The position numbers were made by a program, and so were the translations under genes. Shown here one piece after another: positions 12,985 to 22,415 of a DNA stretch of 64,000 nt. Location of the stretch: contig CALBHX010000028.1 of NCBI GenBank assembly GCA_937892925.1, positions 3,392 through 67,391 on the forward strand, in the 5' to 3' direction. A model generated the notes under the pieces. That model saw only the letters and a list, made by a program, of their open reading frames with translations. It did not search any database and had not been told where the DNA came from. Every line of letters begins with the position of its first letter. Position 1 is the stretch's first letter. This DNA comes from an uncultured Lentisphaeraceae bacterium (GTDB lineage Bacteria; Verrucomicrobiota; Kiritimatiellia; RFP12; DVOR01).

Positions 12985-14895
12985 TTACGGCGCAGCGTCG
13001 GAAGAAGCCGGCCGGAGGCGTACAGAAATGAACCCTTCCGCAGCGGGCGCCTGAAGAGCAAAGGCCCAGCGATGCGGCGTGAGCCCGGCAAAGGCTCTTC
13101 CCGGCGCCCGCTCCGGGATGCCGTCTTCGGGCAAGTTCCAATCCATCCACGCACAGGGGCGCTCAATATGCGGTTCCCCGTGAATGGCAGCCTTCGAGAA
13201 AGCCATCGCGGCGGAAGCCTTCACCTCAGCTTCAAGCGCCTTTCCCCGGAACGTCACACGGAAGCAATCGGCTCCGGCTGGGGAACAGGTTCCCCAGCCA
13301 ACCAGCGCTGTTTCAAACGTGCACGGTTCCGAAAAAACAAATCGATCGGTAATGGTCAAAGCTGGGTACGCAGGTTCCCAAACAACCTCACGGGTCAGCT
13401 TCCGGAGCTTGGACAGCCGGTAGGCCGGCGCGAGATCAAGCACCAGGCGAAAGCCGCCCTCCTCCCCGAAAGCCGATTCCAAAACCCGGGCGCTTGTGCC
13501 GCGCCCAGCAGATTGCAGCGTGCCATCCGGGCGCGGCACGGCATGACCAAACGAGTTCAGAAGCTCACTGGTATAACGGGCTCCGCTGAATGTTTTGGCA
13601 GAGTATGACTCACCGCCCAGATCGGCCAACACGCCCACCCCCTCAACCGCCACGCCAAAGACGCCCACGTCATTGTGATTGTGTGGAGCATCGTTGTTCC
13701 CGCCAACCACAAAGAAGGCCATACCCGGGGCACGGCCAATTGCCAGCTGCGTTTGCGGGAGCCATGTAACCGCCGGCAGCGAAGCCGCCGCGCCTAAGTT
13801 TTCCGAGACCTCAAAGAGGAAGGCATGCGGAAATGGCAGCGACCCATCGAAAACAAACGGGCTCGGATCAGGCTCCCCAAGCCGCCGCGCCAGAAAGTTC
13901 GCCAACCGGGCATCGGCCGCCATATCCGCCGCACAGTCGGCCAGGGCGGGATAAGCCGAGCCGCACAGCCGCAGGCGCGGCGTGGTGAGCGCGGGAGCCC
14001 GCGCCTCCGGCCACAGCAGCCAATCTTCCTGCCCAGAAGTACTCCGGCGAACCAGCTCGGCCAGGGCGGCAAAGTTCCCAAAGCCATAGTTCCAGTAAGC
14101 GATGCCTTCCGGCGTCCACCCCTCAGCCGTAAAGCCGTGCAAATAGCGGCGAACATGCGCCTTGGCCGCCGCCACCGTTTCCGCACGCTCTACTGCGCTC
14201 ACGCCCGGCAGCGCCAAGACGGCTCCAACCACGCCTGCATGGCAAACGGGATTCCAATTCCCCAGCGAGTTCGCCCACCAGGCAAACGCATTTTTCCGCA
14301 CCATGGCCAGATACGGATCAATCGCCCGTGCACGCACGGCGGCTGCAGTCTTAGCACGGGTTTTGGGCGGAAGAGCTTCCCCAAAAGCCGCCACCAGCTC
14401 GGCCATCTGCCAGGCACGGTGCGCAGAAGCCAAATCAATCTCTACTTTCCGTCCTTCCAGATTGGCCAATGTGCGATCATGAGCACAGAGCACCCATGTT
14501 GGGCTCTCGCACAAAGTCTCCATCCCCTCCGCCAGCGGTTTGAGGAAACGCCCCTTCCCCTCGATCAGCTCCCCGTAAGCCAAGGCAAAGACCCGCACCC
14601 AACGGGCATTATTTGCGGCCTCAAAACTCCACCGTTCACCGGTTTTTCGAAAATCCAGGAAGGCCGTGCGCGGAAACGGCGGCATCGGTTTTTCAGCGGC
14701 CTGTTCCGCCCGCCGGACAACCTCGGCAACCGGCACTCTGGCATTCGCAGCCAGCCGCCGCCAAACCTCACGCGCCCCATATGCCGGGAGCAGCCGCACC
14801 GGCTGACAAACCAAAGTCTCGGATGCCTCCGCCTGAAGCGTCAACACCGCCAGACATGCCAAAACACTCATTAAAAACGCTCGAAACAAGACCAT
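12985..14895 (-). CDS. secreted polysaccharide lyase, heparinase II/III-like (alginate lyase N-domain plus Hepar_II_III C-domain)
   Basis: Signal peptide (MVLFRAFLMSVLACLAVLTLQAEA) from ATG 14895 with GGAGGAAG 6 nt upstream, and a heparinase II/III-type motif (APHNHNDVGVFGV). Family assignment is from motif memory, not a search. Confidence 0.55.
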   Translation of the reverse strand: MVLFRAFLMSVLACLAVLTLQAEASETLVCQPVRLLPAYGAREVWRRLAANARVPVAEVVRRAEQAAEKPMPPFPRTAFLDFRKTGERWSFEAANNARWVRVFALAYGELIEGKGRFLKPLAEGMETLCESPTWVLCAHDRTLANLEGRKVEIDLASAHRAWQMAELVAAFGEALPPKTRAKTAAAVRARAIDPYLAMVRKNAFAWWANSLGNWNPVCHAGVVGAVLALPGVSAVERAETVAAAKAHVRRYLHGFTAEGWTPEGIAYWNYGFGNFAALAELVRRSTSGQEDWLLWPEARAPALTTPRLRLCGSAYPALADCAADMAADARLANFLARRLGEPDPSPFVFDGSLPFPHAFLFEVSENLGAAASLPAVTWLPQTQLAIGRAPGMAFFVVGGNNDAPHNHNDVGVFGVAVEGVGVLADLGGESYSAKTFSGARYTSELLNSFGHAVPRPDGTLQSAGRGTSARVLESAFGEEGGFRLVLDLAPAYRLSKLRKLTREVVWEPAYPALTITDRFVFSEPCTFETALVGWGTCSPAGADCFRVTFRGKALEAEVKASAAMAFSKAAIHGEPHIERPCAWMDWNLPEDGIPERAPGRAFAGLTPHRWAFALQAPAAEGFISVRLRPASSDAAP

Positions 14896-15546
14896 CTGTT
14901 TCTTCCTCCAAAAAAGGGGCACCCCATGAACGTTCAAACACCGAGCTCCCGCCCCACATCGAAACCATTCACTGAGGCCACTTTTTCCACCTTAAACCAT
15001 ACATCGAATAGCCCCACAAAACCACCCCTTAAACGACCGTTTTCCGCTACTGGATACTCCGGCACGCACAGTCTTCTCCCTCAGGCCGAGCAAATGATCC
15101 GCCGCCCGCGTGAATTAGATTTTTCATCACAGCTGCGTTCTTACCTGTAGGACGAGTCTCATCATAAATAGACACTCGTGCACACCGTGCCGGACAGAAG
15201 TTCGGAAAGCTGGGTGCGCTCCTGAGGAAGAAGGTTTCGCCCACGTCACCTTCCGTTTCGTGCATGAGACCTTTGCCGCCAAAAGATAAACACGGCCCCC
15301 GGACAACACACAGCGTCAATCCACCCCAGATTCTTCGATCCCGGGACGGGTTGACGCAACGTCGGAGCAGGTTCAACATCATACCGTCTCAGCTTTCCAA
15401 AAACACGTTCACGCAAATAGAAGCCCTGCATCCGAAAATCTATATAACCCACTTTCTTATGATTTCCTCATCAACCGCAAACAGAATGTATGCTACACTT
15501 TCGAGCAGGTTAGGCGAATGGTTCGCCGTATGGAGGTAAAAACAAC

Positions 15547-16767
15547 ATGAAACGTTGCGGATGGATCCTGTTGATGGTTTGGATGCTCAGCCCGCTGATG
15601 GGTCTTGCATTGCCAAAGAATGTCATCTTCATGGTGCCCGATGGCACCGGGCATGCTTCGCTGACCGTGGCGCGACAGCTCAAAGGCGCCCCGCTGGCAT
15701 TAGATCGCATCATTTACGGAACCATTCAAACCCGATCGGCAGACAGCAGCGTAACCGACTCTGCGGCAGCGGCCACCGCCATGGCCTGCGGTGTGCGGAC
15801 ATATAACGGCGCCATCGCCGTAAACATGGAGAAAACGCCGCTCCTGACGCTGGGCGAGCTGGCGCACCGGCAAGGTAAGGCCGTTGGGTGCGTGACAACC
15901 GACAATATTGCCGGCGCCACCCCCGGCGCCTTCTCCGCGCACGCCCTCAGCCGTAACCAGTATGGCGACATCTTTGAGCAGCAGCTCACCTCCGGCTTTG
16001 ACCTCTTTTTCGGCGGCGGCCGGAAGCTTTTGACCGGCGAGCGCAAAACGCTCTTGGCCGATCAGGGCTTTACACTCGTAACCACCGCCGACGAAATGAA
16101 AGCCGCGCAGGGGCGCGTGGTCGGCCTCTTTGCCGATGACATCATGACCGCCATGGTGCAGCGGCGCAGCGGCGCCCCCTGTTCAGAGCCTACCCTGCCG
16201 GAAATGGCCGATAAAGCCCTGGAGCTCCTCTCCAAGAACCCCAACGGATTCTTCCTGCTCATTGAGGGCGCGCAGGTAGATAAAGGGAACCACGACAATG
16301 ATCTGCCGTGGGCCACCTATGAAATGCTTGCCTTCGATGAAACCGTTGAGCGCGTCCTTGCCTGGGCCAAAGCACATCCTGGCACGGTAATCATGATTGC
16401 GCCCGACCACGAAACCGGCGGGCTCACCATCCTCCCTGAACCTAAAGAAGGCGCGCGCGTAAAGGCTTTGAGCGCCATCACCGCCAAGGGTGAGAGAAAA
16501 GGTAAGAAGTTCTTCGTCAATTACTCAACCGGCGGACACACCGGCGTGGACGTTTTTCTCGCAGGGAACACCCCAGCCCTTCGCCCCATGCTCAACTGCG
16601 ACATGCCCCAAACGCTTGGACTGACGCCCGAACCGCTCAAGGCTTTGACCGGTGAAACGGTCATGCGCGAGGGGAAACCCTTCCTGAAAACGCCTGACGG
16701 CAAGCTGCTGCAATCTCCGCGCGATGCGCTCTACATTTCCGGAACCGGCAAGTGGTTCGCCCGCTAA
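15547..16767 (+). CDS. alkaline phosphatase (PhoA family), secreted
   Basis: Signal peptide, FMVPDGTG and the DSAAAATAMACG active-site Ser region, and a C-terminal metal-ligand region (IAPDHETGG, GGHTGVDVF). Confidence 0.85.
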   Translation: MKRCGWILLMVWMLSPLMGLALPKNVIFMVPDGTGHASLTVARQLKGAPLALDRIIYGTIQTRSADSSVTDSAAAATAMACGVRTYNGAIAVNMEKTPLLTLGELAHRQGKAVGCVTTDNIAGATPGAFSAHALSRNQYGDIFEQQLTSGFDLFFGGGRKLLTGERKTLLADQGFTLVTTADEMKAAQGRVVGLFADDIMTAMVQRRSGAPCSEPTLPEMADKALELLSKNPNGFFLLIEGAQVDKGNHDNDLPWATYEMLAFDETVERVLAWAKAHPGTVIMIAPDHETGGLTILPEPKEGARVKALSAITAKGERKGKKFFVNYSTGGHTGVDVFLAGNTPALRPMLNCDMPQTLGLTPEPLKALTGETVMREGKPFLKTPDGKLLQSPRDALYISGTGKWFAR

Positions 16768-16788
16768 TCAACATTCCTTTGAAAAACA

Positions 16789-16825
16789 AACGCCTCCGCC
16801 ATGCACCGGCAGAGGCGTTTTTGTT
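16789..16825. terminator. bidirectional rho-independent terminator between the convergent phoA-like and ABC-F genes
   Basis: AACGCCTC...GAGGCGTT 8-bp GC-rich stem, A-run upstream and TTTTTGTTT downstream. Confidence 0.6.
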
Positions 16826-16869
16826 TATCTTCAACAGCTCTAGCCGCTGCGCCCAGCACCCGATGCGTT

Positions 16870-18657
16870 TTATCCCCCGGAAGCAATCCGAGCAGCCTTC
16901 TCTTCCACTGCACAATAGGTCTCGAACGCGGCATCCAGCTCAGCCTGCGTAGCGGAAAGCTGGGTAGAAAGCCCGGCATAATCGGCACCTGGGCGCGAGA
17001 GTGCCTCGTTGAGCTCGGCCACCTGCCGTTCCAATGCGTCAATCACGTCGGGCAGCGTTTTCAATTGCTGCTGCTCTTTATACGAGAGGCGATCGGAGCG
17101 GTTGGAGCGGCGCACGGGAACCGGTTTTTGGTCAGCTTGGGCGGGAGCCGCCGCGTCCTGCGCAGCGGCCTGACGGGCTTTGACGGCCTCATAATCAGAA
17201 TAACCTCCGGGATAGGCCGTTACCTGCCCGGCCTCAATCGCGAGAACAGAGGTTGCCACGTGATCAATAAAATCACGATCATGCGAAACCAGCAGGAGTG
17301 TGCCGGAATAATTGGCCAGTTCTTCCTCCAAAAGCTCCAGCGTTTCAATATCCAAATCGTTCGTTGGCTCATCCATCACCAACACATTGCCGGGGTTCAA
17401 AAAGAGACGCGCGAGCAGCAGGCGGGCACGCTCACCGCCGCTGAGCGCCTTGACAGGGGTTCGGGCACGCTCAGGCGTAAACAGAAAGTCGCCCAAATAA
17501 CCGTAAATATGTTTGCGGACGCCGCCTACAAGAACAAATTCTTTCCCTTCGGCCACATTCTCCATCACCGTAGCCTCGGGGTTCAAGGCTCCGCGAAGCT
17601 GATCGAAGAAAGCCGGCTGAACATTCGCACCTAACTGCTGAGTCCCGCTCTGCGGGGTCAACTGTCCAAGAATCAGCCGCAGCAACGTTGTTTTCCCCGC
17701 GCCGTTCTCCCCAAGAATACCCACCCGCTCCCCGCGGAGAATACGCAGCGACACGTTGCGCAATGTGGGCTCTGCTGCGCCGGGATAGGCGAATGAAACC
17801 CCTTCACAGCGATAGACCAGGTCGCCCGTCCGCCCACCCTCCGTACCAAGGCTCAGAGAAGCCTTACCGCCTTGCGTCCTCCGCTGAGCGAACTCCTGGC
17901 GAAGCTTCATCAGTGCTGCCACACGCCCCTCGTTGCGGCAGGTGCGCGCCTTAACCCCTCGGCGAAGCCACGCCTCTTCTTCGGAGAGCTTTTTGGACTT
18001 CTTTTCCCAATAAACCGCCTCATCGGCCAAAAGCTCTGCCTTACGCCGCAAAAACGTGGGGTAATCGCAATCCCACCCCGAAAGCACCCCGCGATCCAAA
18101 TCAAAAACCGAACGCGCCACGGCACGCAGAAACGCGCGGTCGTGCGTTACGAACAGACATGCAAAAGGAGCCGTGGATAAAAACCGCTCCAGCCAGCGAA
18201 TGGACGCAATATCCAAGTGGTTAGTCGGCTCATCCAATAGCAGCACCTGCGGCTCTGAAGCCAGCGCGCACCCCAACAGCACCCGCCGGCGAAGCCCTCC
18301 CGAGAGCGCATTGAACACCGCCCCCGGCGCAAGCCCCAGCCGCGAGCAAAGCGCATCGGCCACGTGTGCCCGTGCAGGATCTGCCACCGCTGCCGCTAAA
18401 ATCTCCCGCACCGTGCCCGGCCTGTCCGCCGGAACATCCTGCGGCAAATACGCCACCCGAACCGAAGGCGCCTTCAGCACTTCACCGGAATCCGGCTCCA
18501 AAATCCCCGCAATCACTTTCAGCAGCGTTGACTTGCCCTCTCCATTACGCCCCGTAACGCACGCACGCGCCCCGGGCTCAACTGAAAGCGACAAATTCTC
18601 CAATACCGGTGCATTGCCGAACCCAACTGTAACCTGATGAAGTGTAATCAAAGCCAT
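16870..18657 (-). CDS. ABC-F family ATPase (two tandem ABC domains, Uup/EttA/YheS-like)
   Basis: Two Walker A sites (GRNGEGKST and GENGAGKTT), two LSGG signatures and an inter-domain linker. Start taken at ATG 18657 (MALITLHQVTVGF); the track start is further upstream. Confidence 0.9.
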   Translation of the reverse strand: MALITLHQVTVGFGNAPVLENLSLSVEPGARACVTGRNGEGKSTLLKVIAGILEPDSGEVLKAPSVRVAYLPQDVPADRPGTVREILAAAVADPARAHVADALCSRLGLAPGAVFNALSGGLRRRVLLGCALASEPQVLLLDEPTNHLDIASIRWLERFLSTAPFACLFVTHDRAFLRAVARSVFDLDRGVLSGWDCDYPTFLRRKAELLADEAVYWEKKSKKLSEEEAWLRRGVKARTCRNEGRVAALMKLRQEFAQRRTQGGKASLSLGTEGGRTGDLVYRCEGVSFAYPGAAEPTLRNVSLRILRGERVGILGENGAGKTTLLRLILGQLTPQSGTQQLGANVQPAFFDQLRGALNPEATVMENVAEGKEFVLVGGVRKHIYGYLGDFLFTPERARTPVKALSGGERARLLLARLFLNPGNVLVMDEPTNDLDIETLELLEEELANYSGTLLLVSHDRDFIDHVATSVLAIEAGQVTAYPGGYSDYEAVKARQAAAQDAAAPAQADQKPVPVRRSNRSDRLSYKEQQQLKTLPDVIDALERQVAELNEALSRPGADYAGLSTQLSATQAELDAAFETYCAVEEKAARIASGG

Positions 18658-19598
18658 AGCCGCATAGTTTACGCTTTCCCGTTTCGGACGGCAAGCTGCG
18701 CCGCAAAGCCAAGTCCTGGCAAAACCTGTTCCTTTATGCCGCCGGGTTCCATCTTCTGTCACATTGCGAAGCAATCCGCCCCCGCCCCACCTAACCGAAT
18801 TGTGTGCCGCAGCGTCCCCGCGCTTTTACCACACAGCCCCTCAAATCATCCTCGAAGCGAGGCCCCATCAACCCGCCCCGGGTCAAAGATTCATCCGCCC
18901 CGAGTTTACCCAAAAGCCGAGGCGGATGAAAAACGCCTCCCCTCCGATGATGTATTCAATCAATAAAGAGGAGAAAATAATCAAGGCATGAGAAAATAAT
19001 CAAGGGGTTGAGAATGGGAAGCAGGAGAGGAAGGTTTGGAGGAAGGTCGTTTGTTGCCGAGAACGAGCGCGCCACGATCGAGAATGGGAAGCAGGAGAGG
19101 AAGGTTTGGAGGAAGGGGAGTTTTAGGGGGAAGGTGTAACCGAGCCGAGCAGCGTGTAGGGTTGATAGGTTGCGAAGTCGGTGGGCGGGGTTTGCGTGGG
19201 GGCGAAGAGCCCGCCGGGTGCGCCGAGGGTGAGGGGGATGTCGCGGGTGAGGGTGAGGTTGGGCAGATAGAACGTCTGGCTGTTTTCGGTGATGGTGGGG
19301 ATGAGACCGGTGTTGAGGAGGATGACCACGCGCCAGACGCTCCCGTTTTGCGAGACTTTGAGGGACTGGATGGGTTCGGCCGCGCCGCCGAGGGCGAGGT
19401 TGGCCTCAAAGCGCTTGATGACGGATGTGGGCAGCTTGCAAGGGATTGCCGATGTTATCCGGATGGAACGAATAGAATAGCTAAAACGCTTCCTTAAGCT
19501 CTTGCCTTATTGGCACCCGCTCAGAACAACCGCCGCCCCCGCCTCAGAGCGCGGCAGATGCGAACGGAAACGGTTCGGTATGGTATCATGCGCATGTT

Positions 19599-20885
19599 AT
19601 GTTTTGGCGAAGCGTCTGTTTGTTCTGGTCTCTTTTCGCGTGCAGTTATGCCTGGGCAATTCCTCACGCGAAGGATGAGGGGCATCTTCGTGTGGGGCCA
19701 TTTTTTGAATGGCGAGAGCGCGGCGGGAAATTGTCGCGTCTAGCCGTGCGGCCATTCTTTGCCTGGGAGCGGGAAGCCGTGGGCGCCCGCGATCGGGATT
19801 TGGAGGTGTTCTGGCCGCTTTCGCATGCCGGGTGGCGCGGAGAAGAATACCACGCAAGATTCCTCTTTATGTTCTGGCAGGAGGCGGATCGCACAGGGCA
19901 GACAAGCCGCGATTATTCCTTTTCGGTGCCGCCGCTGTGGGTACATGGACGCGACTTGGAGAAACCGTATTGGGGGCTTTTCCCCCTTTACGGGAAAGTA
20001 CCCAAGCTTTTTTTTCTGGAAGACGTTCAGTGGGCGGCATTTCCGCTGTGGCTGAGGTATCGAACGGGCGGCTCACGAGCCGTGCGCCGTGATTACTTTG
20101 GGTGGCCATTCCTTTCGGCAAAATATGACCCGGACAGGACGCGGTGGGCGCTTTGGCCGCTCTTTGGGGTAAAGCGGGAGCCAGACTTTGACGCGCGGTT
20201 TGTCTTGTGGCCCTTCTGGAATGACCAGACATTTCATGCGCCGAAGCGTTCAGGGCGCGCGTGGATGCTGTGGCCGCTAATCGAGCGGATTGATGCGGAT
20301 TCTGAACAGGGCTGGGGGTTTCTGCCGCCCCTTTTCCGAAACAGCTCGGCCACGAACGGTGCGCGTCTGTGGCGGGCGCCATGGCCCCTGCTGGAACATT
20401 ACGAAGACGCACGGGAAAACACGTGGCGCGGATGGCGCCTGTGGGGGATCCAGCGGCGCGGATCGCGCCGCGCCTGGTGGCTGGCCTACCCGATTATATA
20501 TGGAAGAAGTCAGCAAACGCCGCGCCTGCGGAAGCGGTCAATCCGCCTGTGGCCTTTTTACACCGATGAAGCCGTCTATAGCGTGTCGGGAACCGGGGCT
20601 GAGACGTTGAAAAGCAGCTTTTTCCGACTGTGGCCCTTTTACTCCAGCACCTATGAGGCCGGGCAGGGCCTACGCCGGCGGGCATTGGAGCTTTTTCCTA
20701 TTCATGATGTTCCGGCAGTGGAACGCAACTGGGCGCCATTCTGGACGCTCTATACCGCCACCCGCAACCCGGGTTCAGACGAGGTGCTGCACGAGCTGTT
20801 TTGGGGGTTGATCTGGTGGCGAACGCGGGCAGAAGCATCCGATGAAGCGCGTGCCCCAGAAGAAACGAAGGGAACGACACCATGA
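19599..20885 (+). CDS. secreted Trp-rich repeat protein of unknown function, about 15 WP(L/F)-containing ~22-aa repeats
   Basis: Signal peptide (cleavage about AWA|IP) then periodic LWPLF/FWPL/LWPFY motifs; its stop overlaps the mlaE start (ATGA at 20882-20885), implying co-transcription. Confidence 0.6.
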   Translation: MFWRSVCLFWSLFACSYAWAIPHAKDEGHLRVGPFFEWRERGGKLSRLAVRPFFAWEREAVGARDRDLEVFWPLSHAGWRGEEYHARFLFMFWQEADRTGQTSRDYSFSVPPLWVHGRDLEKPYWGLFPLYGKVPKLFFLEDVQWAAFPLWLRYRTGGSRAVRRDYFGWPFLSAKYDPDRTRWALWPLFGVKREPDFDARFVLWPFWNDQTFHAPKRSGRAWMLWPLIERIDADSEQGWGFLPPLFRNSSATNGARLWRAPWPLLEHYEDARENTWRGWRLWGIQRRGSRRAWWLAYPIIYGRSQQTPRLRKRSIRLWPFYTDEAVYSVSGTGAETLKSSFFRLWPFYSSTYEAGQGLRRRALELFPIHDVPAVERNWAPFWTLYTATRNPGSDEVLHELFWGLIWWRTRAEASDEARAPEETKGTTP

Positions 20886-21670
20886 GTCTTGCATTTCGCG
20901 AGCCGGTAGAAAACCGACTAGGCGCATTATGCGCAGCAGTCGGGCAGACGGTGCAGGTGGCGGCAGCAGCGTTTTGCGGCCTGCCGGGGATGTTGTGGCG
21001 ACAGCGGTCGCGGCAAGTCTTTTACCGGCAGCTCTACGTGGCGGGAATTGGAACGCTGCCAGTGGCAACAGTGGTAGCACTCTTCACAGGCATGATCCTG
21101 AGCCTGCAGCTTGGGATTGCCTTCCGGCAGTTCTCACAGGAGCTAATGGTGGCGTATACGCTAACCTTTGCGATGTTTCGGGAAATGGGGCCGTTCATGA
21201 CGGGGATTTTGCTGGCTTCATGCGTAGGCTCGGCCATGGCGGCACAACTGGGGACGATGACGGTAGATGAGGAAGTCGCAGCATTGGAAATGATGGGCGT
21301 GAACCCGATTCGGTTTCTCGTGGTGCCGCGGTTCTGGGCGATGACATGCATGGCGCCGTTACTCTCCTTTTACACGTGCCTGATTGCTTTTTTTGGCGGA
21401 GCACTGGTTGGTTATACGCAGCTGAATATTCCCTTTCTTCAATTTTTCAGGCAGCTGGTGGAGGCGGCAGAGCTGAAGGATTTATATGTTGGGTTGTTCA
21501 AGGCTATGTGTTTTGGAATGCTGATTTGCAGTATTTCCTGTACGGTTGGATTTGCCGCCACGCAGGGAGCGTCCGGGGTAGGCGCCGCCACCCGCCGGGC
21601 GGTTATTCTTTCATTTCTCTCTATTCTGATTGGCGGCTATTTCATCACGAGGTTCTTCTATGCCCTGTGA
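20882..21670 (+). CDS. mlaE: phospholipid ABC transporter permease MlaE
   Basis: 262-aa MlaE/Ttg2B-type permease (5 TM, conserved LVEAAELKDLYVGLFKA region). Confidence 0.85.
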   Translation: MSLAFREPVENRLGALCAAVGQTVQVAAAAFCGLPGMLWRQRSRQVFYRQLYVAGIGTLPVATVVALFTGMILSLQLGIAFRQFSQELMVAYTLTFAMFREMGPFMTGILLASCVGSAMAAQLGTMTVDEEVAALEMMGVNPIRFLVVPRFWAMTCMAPLLSFYTCLIAFFGGALVGYTQLNIPFLQFFRQLVEAAELKDLYVGLFKAMCFGMLICSISCTVGFAATQGASGVGAATRRAVILSFLSILIGGYFITRFFYAL

Positions 21671-22415
21671 AGATCCGATTGTCTTTGAGAACGTCTGCAA
21701 AGTGTTTGGCGGGCATGAAGTGATCGCCCATCAAACCTTCTCAATTCATGCAGGAGAACGCTTTGTGATTATCGGCCCCTCTGGGACAGGGAAGAGTGTT
21801 TCCCTGAAGCTTGCCTCCGGGCAGCTTTTCCCCAGTTCAGGAAAGGTAAAACTCTTAGGGCACGATTTGGCGCAGCTTTCGACGAAAGCTCTTTCACGTC
21901 TTCGCAAACGGGTGGGTTACCTGTTCCAAAGCGGCGCATTGCTGGGGTGGAAAACGTTGGCCGAAAATATTGCATTGCCCCTAGAAGAACGCGATGAATG
22001 CGCGGGAGAGGAACTGGAGCAGCGCGTTCGGGAAGCATTGGAGGAAGTTGGGCTCGGGCAAGCAGGAGAGCTCTATCCGGCAGAAGCTTCCGGCGGCATG
22101 GTTAAACGAGCTGCATTTGCGCGCGCCATGATTGACAACCCGGAGGTGTTGTTCTGCGATGAGCCGACCTCCGGTCTTGATCCGGTCATGTCGCGCACCA
22201 TTGATCGGTTAATCGTGGATATCAACGAACGCAGGGGAACAACGTGCGTGGTGGTGACGCATGACTTGGCTGGTGCATTGCTTTATGCGAGCCGGATTGC
22301 GTTTCTGAAGGCAGGACGATTTCTCGAAGTAGCCACGCCGGACGGTATTCGCCGCTCTAAAGCACCAGAGATTCAGGCGTTTCTAAAAGCCCAACAACTG
22401 GAGGTTTGCCTATGA
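21660..22415 (+). CDS. mlaF: phospholipid ABC transporter ATPase MlaF
   Basis: Walker A GPSGTGKS, LSGG-like signature and Walker B (VLFCDEPTSGLD). ATG 21660 overlaps the mlaE stop; the track start is TTG 21630. Confidence 0.85.
   Translation: MPCEDPIVFENVCKVFGGHEVIAHQTFSIHAGERFVIIGPSGTGKSVSLKLASGQLFPSSGKVKLLGHDLAQLSTKALSRLRKRVGYLFQSGALLGWKTLAENIALPLEERDECAGEELEQRVREALEEVGLGQAGELYPAEASGGMVKRAAFARAMIDNPEVLFCDEPTSGLDPVMSRTIDRLIVDINERRGTTCVVVTHDLAGALLYASRIAFLKAGRFLEVATPDGIRRSKAPEIQAFLKAQQLEVCL

Noticed and set aside
13825-14874. 349-aa plus-strand ORF
   Set aside because: Antisense to the heparinase II/III-like gene; Arg/Pro-rich with no features.
19010-19116. Possible mini-CRISPR array (two 37-bp repeats separated by a 33-bp spacer)
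   Set aside because: Only two copies. The unit is purine-rich and non-palindromic, unlike CRISPR repeats. There are no cas genes nearby, and the adjacent tandem 16-bp repeats point to simple local duplication.
18981-19409. 142-aa Pro/Ser-rich minus-strand ORF and the overlapping 153-aa plus-strand Gly/Arg-rich ORF
   Set aside because: Low-complexity translations of the GA-rich repeat region in alternative frames. The protein-like reading is in a third frame (see finding) and lacks a start codon.
19498-19530. TTGGCAC-containing sequence upstream of the Trp-rich protein gene as a possible sigma54 promoter
   Set aside because: The -24 TGGCAC is present, but there is no GC dinucleotide (TTGCA-like -12 element) at the required spacing.
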